Shown: positions 15,306 through 27,660, numbered from the whole stretch's first letter. The stretch is DNA of 63,694 nt, filler included, from Octopus bimaculoides (GCF_001194135.2; 7 parts of 7 records of this genome joined end to end with filler, not necessarily neighbours in it), one strand, 5' to 3'. Numbers and translations are program-made. Notes: a model not told the origin generated them from the letters alone.

Positions 15306-15694
15306 GTAAAGTCTATTTGCCAACGTCTACGCAAGACGGTGTTACTACTTTTTAGCGTCAGGAAAACATCTTTTCCAGCTGGTTACCGACATATGATATG
15401 CGTCCATATATTGTAAGCAAGAGAGTCTACCACTCCCTTTCTAGCCGTAGTGATACCTGTAGACCAATGGTTTCCGGGTAATTTCCCTTCCTCCGTACAG
15501 GACAACCGCCGGCTACAGATACCAGTCACTCGCTCTTGCTCACAGTATATACTTTTAATGCAACACACAGTCGCTGATCTCATAAGGAGAAAGACAACTA
15601 GTTTTAAATCTCTGAGCGAGAAATATGTAGTAACAGTATCGAACAGTAAAGTCTATTTGCAAATGCAACGTGGCAGTCCTACGCAGGACGATGT

Positions 15695-15756
<62 letters not shown>

Positions 15757-16614
15757 TGTGTGTGTGTGTATCTCCAGAAGGATAGCTAAACTAAATAAAA
15801 ATATCCGCAGACAAGAATAAAACATCGGAGATTAAGACAATATCATAAGGTGTGAGGTGAACAATTAGTACACACAACAATATATTAATTACATTCAACG
15901 GAAAAAAACTGATTAAAATCTATGGAATTTCCACCCCACCCCAAACTCTCTCTCTCTCTCTCTCTCTTTCTCAATGAAGAATTCTAATGCAGGAATGGGT
16001 ATGAAATCTCCATTAGCGAAAAAGACAAATTTAGCAGTATTAGCCGCAAGCTTGTATAATTTTTTTCTTTCTTTTCACTAGAAATTGTTTAACAGAAAAT
16101 GAATACAAATAATAGCTCCGAAAAAATAGCTCTTTCAATTAGAAGATGGCGATTATTTTTTAGTCTTAGATTTAGAATAAAAATCAATATTTTAAATACA
16201 ATCAATATTCGATAAACATCAAGCAGAAGAATTCCACAAAAGCTGTGGAAACACTATATAACAAGAAGAGATCACGAAATGACTTAACAGTTGGATATTG
16301 GTACAAGATTTTGACTTTCTTCTGAAAACCAGTCACGTCTATATTTGCAAAGAAGTATGGGAATATGAATTCATATATGAAATTAATTTGCGATAACAGT
16401 CAAATATTATAATTCATATAAAAAACACTGACTTAGCCGAAAATAACAGGCCCGTCGGTAGTATATACTCGGTGTATAAAATATCTTCAGACGCGGTTTC
16501 AGTTCTTTTGTGATAACCGCAATCCTCGTCGGATCAAAGGTGTCAGGGTGTGTCTAACAACTTCTAATAAAACTGTGCTGTCTGTAGTAAAAACGAAGTT
16601 TACTGATGCCTTAT

Positions 16615-16932
16615 GTGGAGGCGCAATGACCCAGTGGTTAGGGCAGTGGACTCGCAGTCGGAGGATCGCGGTTTCGATTCCCAGACCGGGCGTTGTGTGT
16701 GTTTATTGAACGAAAACACATAAAGCTCCACGACGCTCCGGCAAGGGGTGGTGGCGAACCCTGCTGTACTCTTTCGCTCCAACTTTCTCTCACTCTTTCT
16801 TCCTGTTTCTTGAGTAACGCTGCAATGGACTGGCGTCCCGTCCAGCTGGGGGGAACACATATGCCATAGAAACCAGGAAACCGGGCCCATGAGCCTGGCT
16901 AGGCTTTAAAAGGGCGCATAAATAAATAAAAA
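16615..16932 (+). mobile_element. SINE family B, full length, (TAAA)n tail, 13-bp TSD
   Basis: tRNA-like head gtggaggcgcaatgacccagtggttagggcagtggactcgc..ggtttcgattccc (A- and B-box-like). TSD actgatgccttat (16602-16614) / actgatgctttat (16933-16945). Confidence 0.9.
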
Positions 16933-18347
16933 ACTGATGCTTTATAACAGTATGACTTGTTGATAGAAAAACATTCGATTCTATTCCGCATCAATCTTTC
17001 TAAAACCACCCTAATTCGTAAAAATACCTTCTGCCGCTGAAGGGTTTGCAGTAACCAGTCGGAAGATTGTTGGCGACCTAGCGAACTCCTCTGGTGTACA
17101 ATTGTTTACTATGAAATATTCTGATGTGATTGTCTGTGTTTTTTTAACACTAACCCCTCTAGCATTTATTTTAGAGAAAATTCTTATTTTATAGATTTAA
17201 ACATCTATAGTGGACAAATATTTACAATGCCGAGAAACAGCTGGAAGTAATAGTAACACTTTTATAGGAAAGGAATCTAAGGAAAGAAAATGTCAAAATG
17301 TCAACATCCCGTGGTTGAACTTGAAAAAAAAAAACTGTAGGTGAAAACCAATACTTTTACTTCTCTCACTGTCTGTCTCATCTGTTTTACACACTGGAAA
17401 CTTTAAATATGTAAGCATTTATGAAGATGCGTCATATTAAGTTATTGTAAACGAAAAGAAAGTGATCTAATAGATAAAGTATATTACACTGAATTGAAAA
17501 GAAAATTATCGCACTTGGAGTTTTCTACTTAGAACAAGATAATATACTGAAATGAATTTTTAATATTAATACTGGCAACAGCACAGACATTCGAGATAAT
17601 TTAATGCTGTATGGAGAAAATTTACTCCAACGAAATTTAAAATCGAAAGATCGTATCATCAAATGGAAGTTTGCACAAGTTCTGTCTCAGAAGAAAAGAA
17701 AGAGGCATAAGATTAGTCTAAGAAAACTTTTGAGTACTGAATGGCATCATTCAGATGGCATCTACTAAACGAAAACACCAATAAGAAAAATATAAATAAA
17801 CCAAATTCTCAAAAGAGGTAACAATCACCGAGAAGTAGCTACACCACAACGATGGTTCCCACCAAGTAAACATCACAACATTGGTGACCAATCACACTTG
17901 CGATATAGTATTTTAGCTGTAAAGTAAGGAAGGACCTAATTTTAGTTATAAAAGACACTAATGAACGTGGCTCCGTTGGAAGATATTGATGGTATATGTT
18001 TACGAATATTAGTGATCAAATTCTGAGTTACATGACGGAAACTGTATAGAAGTTGCTTGGCGGGATCATACCTATAATGCAAAGTTCCATCTTGTTCATA
18101 TGTTTTGTGACTCTGATTCTACCTGGCACTCCCTTTAAGAGTTTACCTGTGTGTTGAAAACCAGACACTTATATGAAATTTTGATAAGCTGGACATTTCC
18201 TTATGGAACAATTCAGTACTGATCGTCGAAACGGACGGAGACTCTACCTTCTTTTAAATAACTTGCCGTTTTTTAAAATTGTGCGCCAATACCTTGGCCT
18301 CCATATCTCAATTTTTCAAATAACGGTTATATTGTCATCCCTAATAA

Positions 18348-20605
18348 CACTGGTCAACAGCCAATTTTCACCAGGGATATTATAAAGTGTTTTTGATGTA
18401 GTTTTGTCCGCAGATTTCAAAAATGCAATCGGTGTCCTTCTATCAGGCACAGTTTTTTGATGAGATAAGAATGGTGTATAACTCCCATCAGCAGTATCGC
18501 TACACGTAAACGTCTTATACAGGTAAATTCTGACTTCTGTTTTATAACTATTTGTATTCATTTTGTAATTTTATGTTTTCATAATCTTTTCTTTTTATAA
18601 ATTTTACTTTCTGCAAGAACAGTCCTGATATATTTTGTCATGTCTGTGGTTCATTTACCACCAAAGCTCAGCAACGTGCCATCACAAGTGAAATCAAGAT
18701 CTACCAGTTATACTTTGGCTGCTCTCTCGGGATCATGATAAGAGTTGGTCCCCAAACAACATCTGCTCAGCTTGTTCAAATGGACTAAGGGATTGGTTAA
18801 ATAAGAGGAAGAGAGCAATGCCATTTGCAATACCTATGATTTAGAGAGAGCCAAAGGATCATTTCATGGACTGTTATTTCTGCAACGTTAATGGAATCAG
18901 CAAGGAGACCAGTACCAAACAACAATGATGATCTTCCTATTCCAATACCACCAGAAAAAATGGCCTTCAGATGTCTGACGAAGATGTATTTCCCGAAGAA
19001 AATACTACTGCTGTGGAAGACACTGAAGTGAATGAAGATTTCACGATTGAAAATGAAGACGTACCACAGAAATTGTCTCAAGGAGAGTTAAATGATTTAG
19101 TTAGAGACTTGTCATTGTCGAAGGATAAAGCTGAACTATTAGCATCTCGCCTACAAGAAAAGTTTCTGCTTAAGAAAGATGTTTGTATTACTCATTTCAG
19201 GAAGAGAAATAGGGGTCTGACTTCATGCTTCTCTGTTGATGGACTACATTGTTTCAGTAATAACACTGATGAGTTATTTCGCTGTTTGTTCCAAGAGCAT
19301 GTTCCAGCTGAATGGCGCTTATTCATTGCTTCATCTAAGAGAGGCCTCAAGGCAGTACTACTACACAATGGCAATAAGAAACCATCCATTCCCATAGGAC
19401 ATTCAGTGCACATGAAGGAGTGTGATGAAAACATGCAAGTACTCCTCTCAATGCCATAAAGTATACAAACTACAGCTGGAAAATATGTGGAAACTTGAAA
19501 GTGATTGGAATGTTGATGGGAATGCAATCTGGGTTCACGAAATATTGTTGCTTTTTATGCCTATGAGACAGTCATACAACTAACAAGCACTATGTGCAAT
19601 CAGAGTGGCCTTTGCAAAAATCATATGAGCCGGGAGTTTCTAGCGTCCAAATTAAGCCACTTTTAAACCCAGAAAATGTTCTTCTTCCCCCTCTTCATAT
19701 AAAGCTTGGCCTCATGAAACAATTCGTGAAGATACTTGCCAGGAAAAACTCAAAAGGTTTTGAATATGTGAAGGCCAAATTTCCAAAAATCACCGAGTCA
19801 AAACTGAAGGAGGGCGTATTCATAGGTCCGCAGATAAAAGAACTCCTGAAGGACAACCACTTCCTCACAGCACTGGATGAGATTGAGCTTAAAGCCTGGG
19901 AATCCTTCAAATGGCTCCGTGAAAATTTCCTAGGCAACAAGAGATCTCTATCGTTTAGAAATGGAGTGAAATGTCTTCTAGACTCCTACGCTGCAATGGG
20001 CTGTCAGATGTCACTAAAAGTTCATTTCCTTGATTCACATCTGAACTTTTTTGCAGAGAACCTTGGAGCAGTGTCTGATGAGCAAGGGGAACACTTTCAT
20101 CAAGATATTGCATCGATGGAACAACGATATCAAGGATTTTGGNNNNNNNNNNCCTTGGAGCAGTGTCTGATGAGCAAGGGGAACACTTTCATCAAGATAT
20201 TGCATCGATGGAACAACGATATCAAGGATTTTGGAATGCAGGAATCTTAGCTGACTACTGTTGGATGTTATGCAGGGATGAACCTGAGACAAAACACCAT
20301 AGAAAGTTCAAATCCCAAATATTTCAAGTTGTTATGCATTTGAGTGTACTGTAACTTATTTGTACACAATAATTTTAATTTTGTACAATAAAAAGTCATG
20401 AAATTATCATATCTTGTATTTAATATACTTTATATAGACATGTTTTATGTATCCTATAAGTTAAAACAGCAGGTATCATTAACATGAAAATGTGACCTGA
20501 TAGAGGAAACTGGACTTCAAATTCGTAATCAGCATAAAAAAATAACCCAGAAAAGTCAATCAGCAACTCTGATGATTAAAAAAAGTTTCATTTTCTTGAC
20601 CAGTG
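18348..20605 (+). mobile_element. DNA transposon with CACTGGTCAA...TTGACCAGTG termini and a decayed transposase of a poorly characterised family (possibly the group labelled TcMar-ISRm11; tentative)
   Basis: 10-bp perfect terminal IR plus subterminal IR (ctatcaggcac ~18440 / gtgacctgatag ~20492). TA follows the right end; the left flank is AA. Confidence 0.85.
18606..20354 (+). pseudogene. Transposase pseudogene with a Cys-rich N-terminal domain
   Basis: CKNSPDIFCHVCG, DKSWSPNNICSAC, MPFAIPMI*REPKDHFMDCYFC, LNDLVRDLSLSKDKAELLASRL, WRLFIASSKRGLKAVLLHNGN, CGNLKV..GFTKYCCFLC, PPLHIKLGLMKQFVK, KEGVFIGPQI, SLKVHFLDSHL, GAVSDEQGEHFHQD, ADYCW. Several stops and frameshifts. Confidence 0.85.
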
Positions 20606-21034
20606 TAATTGTTTAATATTATCAAAGCAAAGCTCGTTATAATAATACCCCCAGTAACTTCTGCTTACTATACAACAAATTCCACGTCCTATTTTCGTTA
20701 TCCTCCGAATGTTGATAGGGAGAAATTCCGAGTAACAGGTTCTTAATAAAATGCATACTCGTACTTTATTTGTGAGCGCTTCATTTCTTTCTCTTGCTTG
20801 CACATTAAATGCTTGCGTGCACGTGCGTATGTATATACACACACATACATACACACGCACGCACATTCATACACATACAAAACATACATACATACATACA
20901 TGCAAACAAACATTCATACATGCATACACACTCACATACACGCACATGCCAGCAAATATATATGTAAATAGCTAGCTAGCTAGCTAGCTAGATAGATAGA
21001 GATGGATAGATAGATAGATAGATAGATAGAGATG

Positions 21035-21094
<60 letters not shown>

Positions 21095-21137
21095 TAGATA
21101 GATGGATAGATAGACAGGCCTATCGGAAGACAGACAG

Positions 21138-21343
21138 ACAGTGCGCTGGGCGAAATGCTTAGCGGTATTTCGTCTGCCGTTACGTTCTGAGTTCAAATTC
21201 CGCTAGGGTCGACTTTGCCTTTCATCCTTTCGGGGTCGATAAATTAAGTACCAGTTACGCACTGGGGCCGATATAATCGACTCAATCCCTTTGTCCTTGT
21301 TTGTCCCCTCTGTTTAGCCCCTTGTGGGCAATAAAGAAATAAG
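21138..21343 (+). mobile_element. SINE family A, slightly 5'-truncated
   Basis: gcgaaatgcttagcggtatttcg..gagttcaaattcc..gtcgactttgcctttcatcctttcggggtcgataaattaagtacc..gccccttgtgggcaataaagaaata; matches the full copy at 62720. Confidence 0.9.
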
Positions 21344-21344
21344 A

Positions 21345-21632
21345 TACATTTATTTTATTAGCCACACAGGGTTCAACAAAGATGGGACAAATACAATGTA
21401 GAGCTTTTCTTTTTGGGAGGGGGAAGGAAAAAAAAAACAAAAAAAAACAATAGGGGTGTGTCGATCAAAAGGGATCGTAGGAAGGGAAAAAGGGGGGAGT
21501 TCGATCAAAAGGGATCGAGAAAAAAAACGCGATCAATAGGGATCGTGTATCACACAGTAATGTTCTCGTGTAAAAAGAGGGGAGGACAGTTTAGGTTTAG
21601 CCGTGGAAAGAAAAGCCTACGGAAAAGACCAC
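21345..21632 (-). mobile_element. 3' end/UTR of an unidentified non-LTR retroelement (possibly L1/Tx1)
   Basis: The minus strand is T-rich and ends ...tttgtcccatctttgttgaaccctgtgtggctAATAAAataaaatg. Clade assignment is inference only. Confidence 0.45.
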
Positions 21633-21732
21633 NNNNNNNNNNNNNNNNNNNNNNNNNNNNNNNNNNNNNNNNNNNNTTAATTAATTAANNNNNNNNNNNN
21701 NNNNNNNNNNNNNNNNNNNNNNNNNNNNNNNN
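21633..21732. other. Artificial 100-nt scaffold join (N44-TTAATTAATTAA-N44); the same linker occurs at 37386, 46952, 54231, 59462 and 61659
   Basis: Identical 12-mer with stops in all six frames, centred in N runs. Confidence 0.95.
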
Positions 21733-22095
21733 GTTGATGTGATATATCTCGACTTTGCAAAAGCCTTTGACAAAGTTGATCATGGCTTGATATGTCACAA
21801 GCTGCGAAACCTTGGCATAGCAGGTAAATTAGGAGAGTGGCTGCATGACTTCCTGAATGGTAGAAGTAAGACAGTTGCAGCCAATGGAGAACTATCTAGG
21901 GAAACACAAATATTGAGCGGTGTTCCACAAGGAACTGTTCTGGGGCCACTACTGTTCATAGTGGCCCTTCTGGACATGCCCACGGTCACTCGGAGAGCCA
22001 CTGTCACTAGCTATGCTGATGACACAAAGATATCTCAGGCAATAAAGAATCCTGATGATATTGTAAGCCTGCAGAATGATCTAAATGCAATATAT
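21733..22095 (+). mobile_element. CR1-clade LINE reverse transcriptase fragment
   Basis: Open frame VDVIYLDFAKAFDKVDH...SGVPQGTVLGPLLF...YADDTKI...LQNDLNAIY. Starts at a gap and is truncated at 22096. Confidence 0.9.
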
Positions 22096-24839
22096 TAAAT
22101 TGCTATTTAAAATTACCTAATTGCATTAAATTAGGTAATGTAGTAGTAAAAACAATGGAAACCAAATTAAGAATATGTCAAAGGGTCTTCGTATATTGAA
22201 CGCATTAATTTTATCACATGATTTTAGTTAATTGTTGGATTAGCTATAATAGTCCTAGACTTCGAATGGGAATAATGCCCAATGAGACAAGAAAAACAAT
22301 AAAGAAACATATAATTCGATTCTCTATCTACTAGGAACAACTGCCAAATATTTCTCGCATAACAGCAACTTAGATATAAATTGAAATATTGAATTAAGTT
22401 GTCACACATCACATCACAAAGTCAGGACAGCCAAAGCCAGGACGCATTCAGCGTATTTTCTAAATAATGATACTGACAAGAAGGATGAATTTCTGACAGA
22501 TATTTCCCAAACCAATATCTTAGCAAAATGAAAAGAAAATCCATATCATTAGATTGCATTTTAAACAGGAATATGCATGTTGGACTCATATATTTGTATG
22601 GATCCAATATCGAAGCTTTCAAGATTACGTATCGTTAAAATGTATTAGACCTGCACCCGGTACAGTACTGTTAGTCGAAATAAAGAAATGGGTTGAACAT
22701 TTTTAGAGTCCGGTTAATAAAGCAGAAAATATATGAATGTAATGTAGAAGGTGGTTTCTTAAATTTTGTATGCATTTTAGCCATACATTCTAAAGTGTGT
22801 TCAGTCCCAACGCAGGCGTATTATGTAAGAACATATCCCTGAACTAAAGGAAAGAAAATAAGTTTCGAATAGGATATATGTTACTAAATTCAAAAGATAT
22901 ATTTTTCGAACAAAACTGAGTGTCAAAGACAAAAATAAAGTAAATAATGGTTGTAAGACAAAATAACAGAATATGATAAGACATTGACATCTGAAACCAA
23001 AGGAGGGCATATTAAAAGAAAGGCAAAACAGAAATTCCAAGACATTCACAATTTTACATCCATGCGGCGTAAAATAAACAAACAAAATAAATACTTATCC
23101 AAAACTGGAGAACGAAACTATGAATACATTTGAATATCTCAAAGAATTCAAACAGAATATTCTTTAGGAGTAAATTTTAATGAAACAATAAATTTAAGAT
23201 GGAAATAGTTATAGAATAAAAATCAATATATATTTTACGACGCACGAAAGTAATTCACTCCCAATAAAACAATTTAACAATGACGCACGTATGACAAACA
23301 TAGGTGATAACCATGTTACTATGGTGATAGAGAAAACGCATACGTATCCCTGGAACACATGTAATAATCTTTTTATTAGTCAGTAATCACAAAAGAGTAA
23401 TGTCTTCACTGTTATTCATCTATGGAACATCACAATAATGTAGGTTTCATAACAAACATAAAAAATGATCTATCCATATACGCGTGTGCAATCGCATATA
23501 TATGCATATACATATAGGTACACGCGTTTATATGTGTGCGTATAAATATATATATANNNNNNNNNNNNNNNNNNNNNNNNNNNNNNNNNNNNNNNNNNNN
23601 NNNNNNNNNNNNNNNNNNNNNNNNNNNNNNNNNNNNNNNNNNNNNNNNNNNNNNNNNNNNNNNNNNNNNNNNNNNNNNNNNNNNNNNNNNNNNNNNNNNN
23701 NNNNNNNNNNNNNNNNNNNNNNNNNNNNNNNNNNNNNNNNNNNNNNNNNNNNNNNNNNNNNNNNNNNNNNNNNNNNNNNNNNNNNNNNNNNNNNNNNNNN
23801 NNNNNNNNNNNNNNNNNNNNNNNNNNNNNNNNNNNNNNNNNNNNNNNNNNNNNNNNNNNNNNNNNNNNNNNNNNNNNNNNNNNNNNNNNNNNNNNNNNNN
23901 NNNNNNNNNNNNNNNNNNNNNNNNNNNNNNNNNNNNNATTGAAACCGAAAATATTTATCTTGAAAAAACAAACAGTTCTTCTCCAAACCAAACACGATTT
24001 TATTCTCAGCCAGATAAAACTGAAACAGAAATCAATGAAGTGCCAACAGGAATAGAGATAGATTAATGTGCCGGAGGGAAATATTTAGTAAATGGAATTA
24101 AATAGAAAAAAATGTTAAATACAAATGGATCACTATATTTGTAGGAAGAGCAAAACGGCAAAAAAAAAAAAACAATTGCAGCGGTTGTTCTAGATAAAAT
24201 AAACACTTGGGACACATGTGGAATGCATGAATATTCCACACATTATTTCAGTGATATGAAGAAATTTGTTACAACATGTATCTAAGGATTTAATGGAATA
24301 TGTAAAACCGACAATCGAAAGGGTCACAGAGCATACGAATCTTAATGGCCAAATAGGTAAAAAAAAATATCAAACAAAAAACCCCCAACTAAAAGTGACT
24401 GAAATTGATCATAATGTCTAAAAACAATCAAGCCTAATGTAGTACGTGCATTGAGGTATTACATTTGGTAATTCTTAATTTTATGTTCCGGCGCTGAACA
24501 GTTGATCGTGTTCCCAAGCATATTCATGTTGTTAGTAAACGTCACCAAGTGGTTCCAAAACCATTGTTACACAATTTTCGTCGACATTTCAAATCTTTAC
24601 TCGGCTATAAATGTTTCAAAATATGAAAAATTTTCCCAACCTTTTCCTCATAAGCATGCACACAACAAAAAAAGAAAACAAAGATATACATTGTGAAAAT
24701 ATATTGTGAATGAAAATGTTCCGAGTTGTTATCTACCATCTGTTACAAGTTCTTTCTTTTTCAGGCATTTCATAGCAGATAATACATGCTACACAATGAT
24801 TAACAGCCAATACGTATATATAGATGTGTTTAGAAATAG

Positions 24840-25330
24840 ATTTACAAATACACAGTGACATGGGATAGATTTACAAATACTGGCAAGCAATTCAGTTGAA
24901 TCATAAAATTGATTGCTTGTAGTGGTATGGTAATATCAAAATTGAATTGGTGGACGGTTGGAAGGATGAGAAAATTGACGATGTGCTACTATGAAACAAC
25001 TGATTCATGGTTGACTATTTTCAATTTTGCATAACCTCTTGATATACTACAATTTTCGTCTTAGCCTCTGGAGCATAAATAAACAAATGATTTGGATTAC
25101 AGACTCTTAAGCATTCCACATACAGCTGGCAAAACAAAACAAGTCCTGCAAGCTTTACGCCTACCAACTCCGACGACTGTCCCTGGGCATTGTTGATGGT
25201 TATTGCAAAACTCAGTTTTATAGGAAATTGCAGTCGCTTGAACTCAAATGGCATATCAGAAGGAATCAGAGGAATTCGTGGTATGAAGACAACCTCACCA
25301 GTTGCTTACAACACCCACCCTTAGAATGCC
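24840..25330 (-). mobile_element. Helitron Pif1-helicase C-terminus plus 3' UTR, copy 1
   Basis: GEVVFIPRIPLIPSDMPFEFKRLQFPIKLSFAITINNAQGQS...QLYVECLRV..PNHLFIYAPEAKTKIVVYQEVMQN*. Confidence 0.9.
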
Positions 25331-25441
25331 CTCTCCATAATCAATAAAGTTATTAAAGTTTTGTGGTAAATTCCACATGTATGATAAAATGTGGCTATTA
25401 ATATTTGATTTAAGAAATAACTTAACGTGTTTCTATATATA

Positions 25442-27266
25442 CTAGCTTAGTTACCCGGTAATACTCGGAAAAGCGGGGTCATTTTCAGTTCCCGTTGCCA
25501 TTACACTGTTTCATGTCCTATCACGTTCCCTGTTCAGTTCCCATTTTAAATTACAAATGTATTTGTAAATACACAGTATCGTGGTATAGACAATTATCTG
25601 ACAATACTGCCAAACAATTCAGTTGAATCATAAAATTGATTGTTTGTAATGGTATGGTAATATCAAAGTTTGGTGGTTGGAAGGATGAGAGGATTGACAA
25701 TATGTAACCATGAAACAATTGATTGATGGTTGATTATTATCAATTTTGCATAGCCTCTTCATATACTACATTTTTAGTCTTGTCCTTTGGAGCATAAATA
25801 AACAAATGATTTGGATTGTCGACTCTTGAGCATCCTACATACTGTTTCCATGGAAAAAAAAAACAGGATTTGCAATGTTTAGGACTGCCACCTCCGAGGA
25901 CTGCCTCTAGGCCTTGTTTATGGTCATTGCAAAACTACACAGTTTTACAGGAAAGTGTAGTTGCTTGAACTCAAATGGCAATTCAAAACGAATTAGACAA
26001 CCTCACCACTCGCTTTGCCAGTGAGAATGGTCACCTCCAAGACTCTTGGCAGCATAACACAAATAGAGCTTTGTTTTCTGTATTTTAAAGATTGCAAATG
26101 AAACATTGTAGTTTAAGAGATAGCAAATGAAATTACCATTTGAAACAAATAACGTCTTGTAAGAAAATCCGCGTATTGTAGCTGGCAGAGTCACGTGTAA
26201 CTTTCTATCTGTCTGCTTTTGTAAGGTCTTCCATGTTACTGTCACTCTGTCAAATTGTAAAATTACGTCGAAATTTCCACGTTAAATCACATTTTGTTGT
26301 TTATCTGCCCCAGAAAAATTGCAGTAAAACATTACTCGTGTTTAAAGTTTAATCAATGTTACCAAGACAGAAAATAGGATTTGGAAGTTGGCATTTTCCG
26401 CATCATATCTATCTATCACGAAAAGAAAGCAAAATCATTACGAGAAGGAATTTTATTAAACAATCGAAAGCAAAGGATTACGACGACCAAAGTTGTAAGA
26501 ACTTCTGAATAAATACATGGGAAACGGTCGAACAAATAGGTAAATAATTTAAAAAGTAAAATGATCGTCATGGAATCTTTACCGAAAAATTGCATAAATC
26601 TGTCCTAATCAAGAGGCCTCTCAGTCGGGGGAGTCATGTTCTGATATGAAAAAAAAAAAAAAAATATATATGTAGAAATTCCCCGACAACGACGGGGTAT
26701 TCTTCTATGGAAGAAAATGAGGATGTTTTCATTTCAGTACATCGGTAAAGCTTTAATAAATCACAATACGGTGATTTAAAAACAAATATAAAAACGTTCT
26801 ACCTTTCACTTGTTAGTGTAACATCTGTTGTTGGACATATTGTAAACGTTTTGACTGAGGATACAATAGCTAATTCACTATAGCGTTAGGTAAAAGTAAA
26901 AAAGAGCTGTTCCCTTCAGTAAACACATTGTCTTTCTCTCGCTCTGTCCCTGTTTCTTGTTCTCTCTTTATGTCTCTCACATTCCCTGTCTCTCTGTCTT
27001 TTCTTGTCTCCCCCCTTCCCACCACATTTTTGCAACCTAACACATTTTCACCCGTTTCATTTTATCATATAATAGCCCAACACCCGTAGGTGGGGAGGCA
27101 TTATCAATTTTTAGGGGCTATTATTGATTGTTATTGAAATCCAATAGCCCTAAAATTAAACTGGATGTTAGATTCCCATGTATACAAAATTGCGTGAAGA
27201 TCGGCTTGCTTGGATTGGCAACAAGATGGTAACAGACAGACATAAATTGCCACCATCATATATAAG

Positions 27267-27267
<1 letters not shown>
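25442..27267 (-). mobile_element. Internally deleted Helitron with both termini
   Basis: Minus strand begins A|TCTTATATAT (27267) and ends with an imperfect hairpin ccgagtattaccggg followed by CTAG|T (25445-25442). Carries helicase C-terminal copy 2 at ~25735-26030 (ILTGKASGEVV..LPFEFKQLHFPVK..FAMTINKA..HGNQYVGCSRV..VVYEEAMQN*). Confidence 0.8.
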
Positions 27268-27298
<31 letters not shown>

Positions 27299-27371
27299 AC
27301 GCGTATGTTCAGTAGTTCTGTCGTCAAAACGTGGAAGGCTCCATATGTACCAACTTCTACAGATAAGCCGC

Positions 27372-27660
27372 TAGTTTTTAGTCTATAAGTTCTGTACATT
27401 GTTGTCCTTTATTTAGTTGTCCTTGTAATTTCATTATGAGGGGTCACCTTAACATCGTACCCCTCCCTACGTAGTATTTCCTTGTATCTCTCTAGGTCCT
27501 TCCTTTTTTTTCAGTTATCTCTTCAATGTGAACTGTGCCCACAGCTGCAAAGTCCTTTTTACGTTACATTTTCTGGTCAATTCAACTTATCGCTCTTACC
27601 AACTTTTCCTCAGACGACGTCAAGTCTGAAGAACATACATTTTCATATTCCATGTTCAGA
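27372..27660 (-). mobile_element. L1/Tx1-like ORF1 unit 1 (5' portion only)
   Basis: ATG at 27653: MEYENVCSSDLTSSEEKLVR...KDLERYKEILRREG...MYRTY; homologous to units 2 and 3. Confidence 0.65.

Noticed and set aside
16615-16690. tRNA-like sequence
   Set aside because: It is a SINE head followed by SINE body, tail and TSD, not a tRNA gene.
20061-20234. 82-bp direct duplication inside the transposase (GAVSDEQGEHFHQD twice)
   Set aside because: Identical copies flank a 10-N gap, the typical signature of an unmerged contig overlap. Collapsing them restores one continuous frame.
24150-24600. Weak resemblance to a Gypsy/Ginger integrase (HLG..DMKKFVTTC; LLVNVTKW)
   Set aside because: Too degenerate, and spread over several frames, to support by eye.
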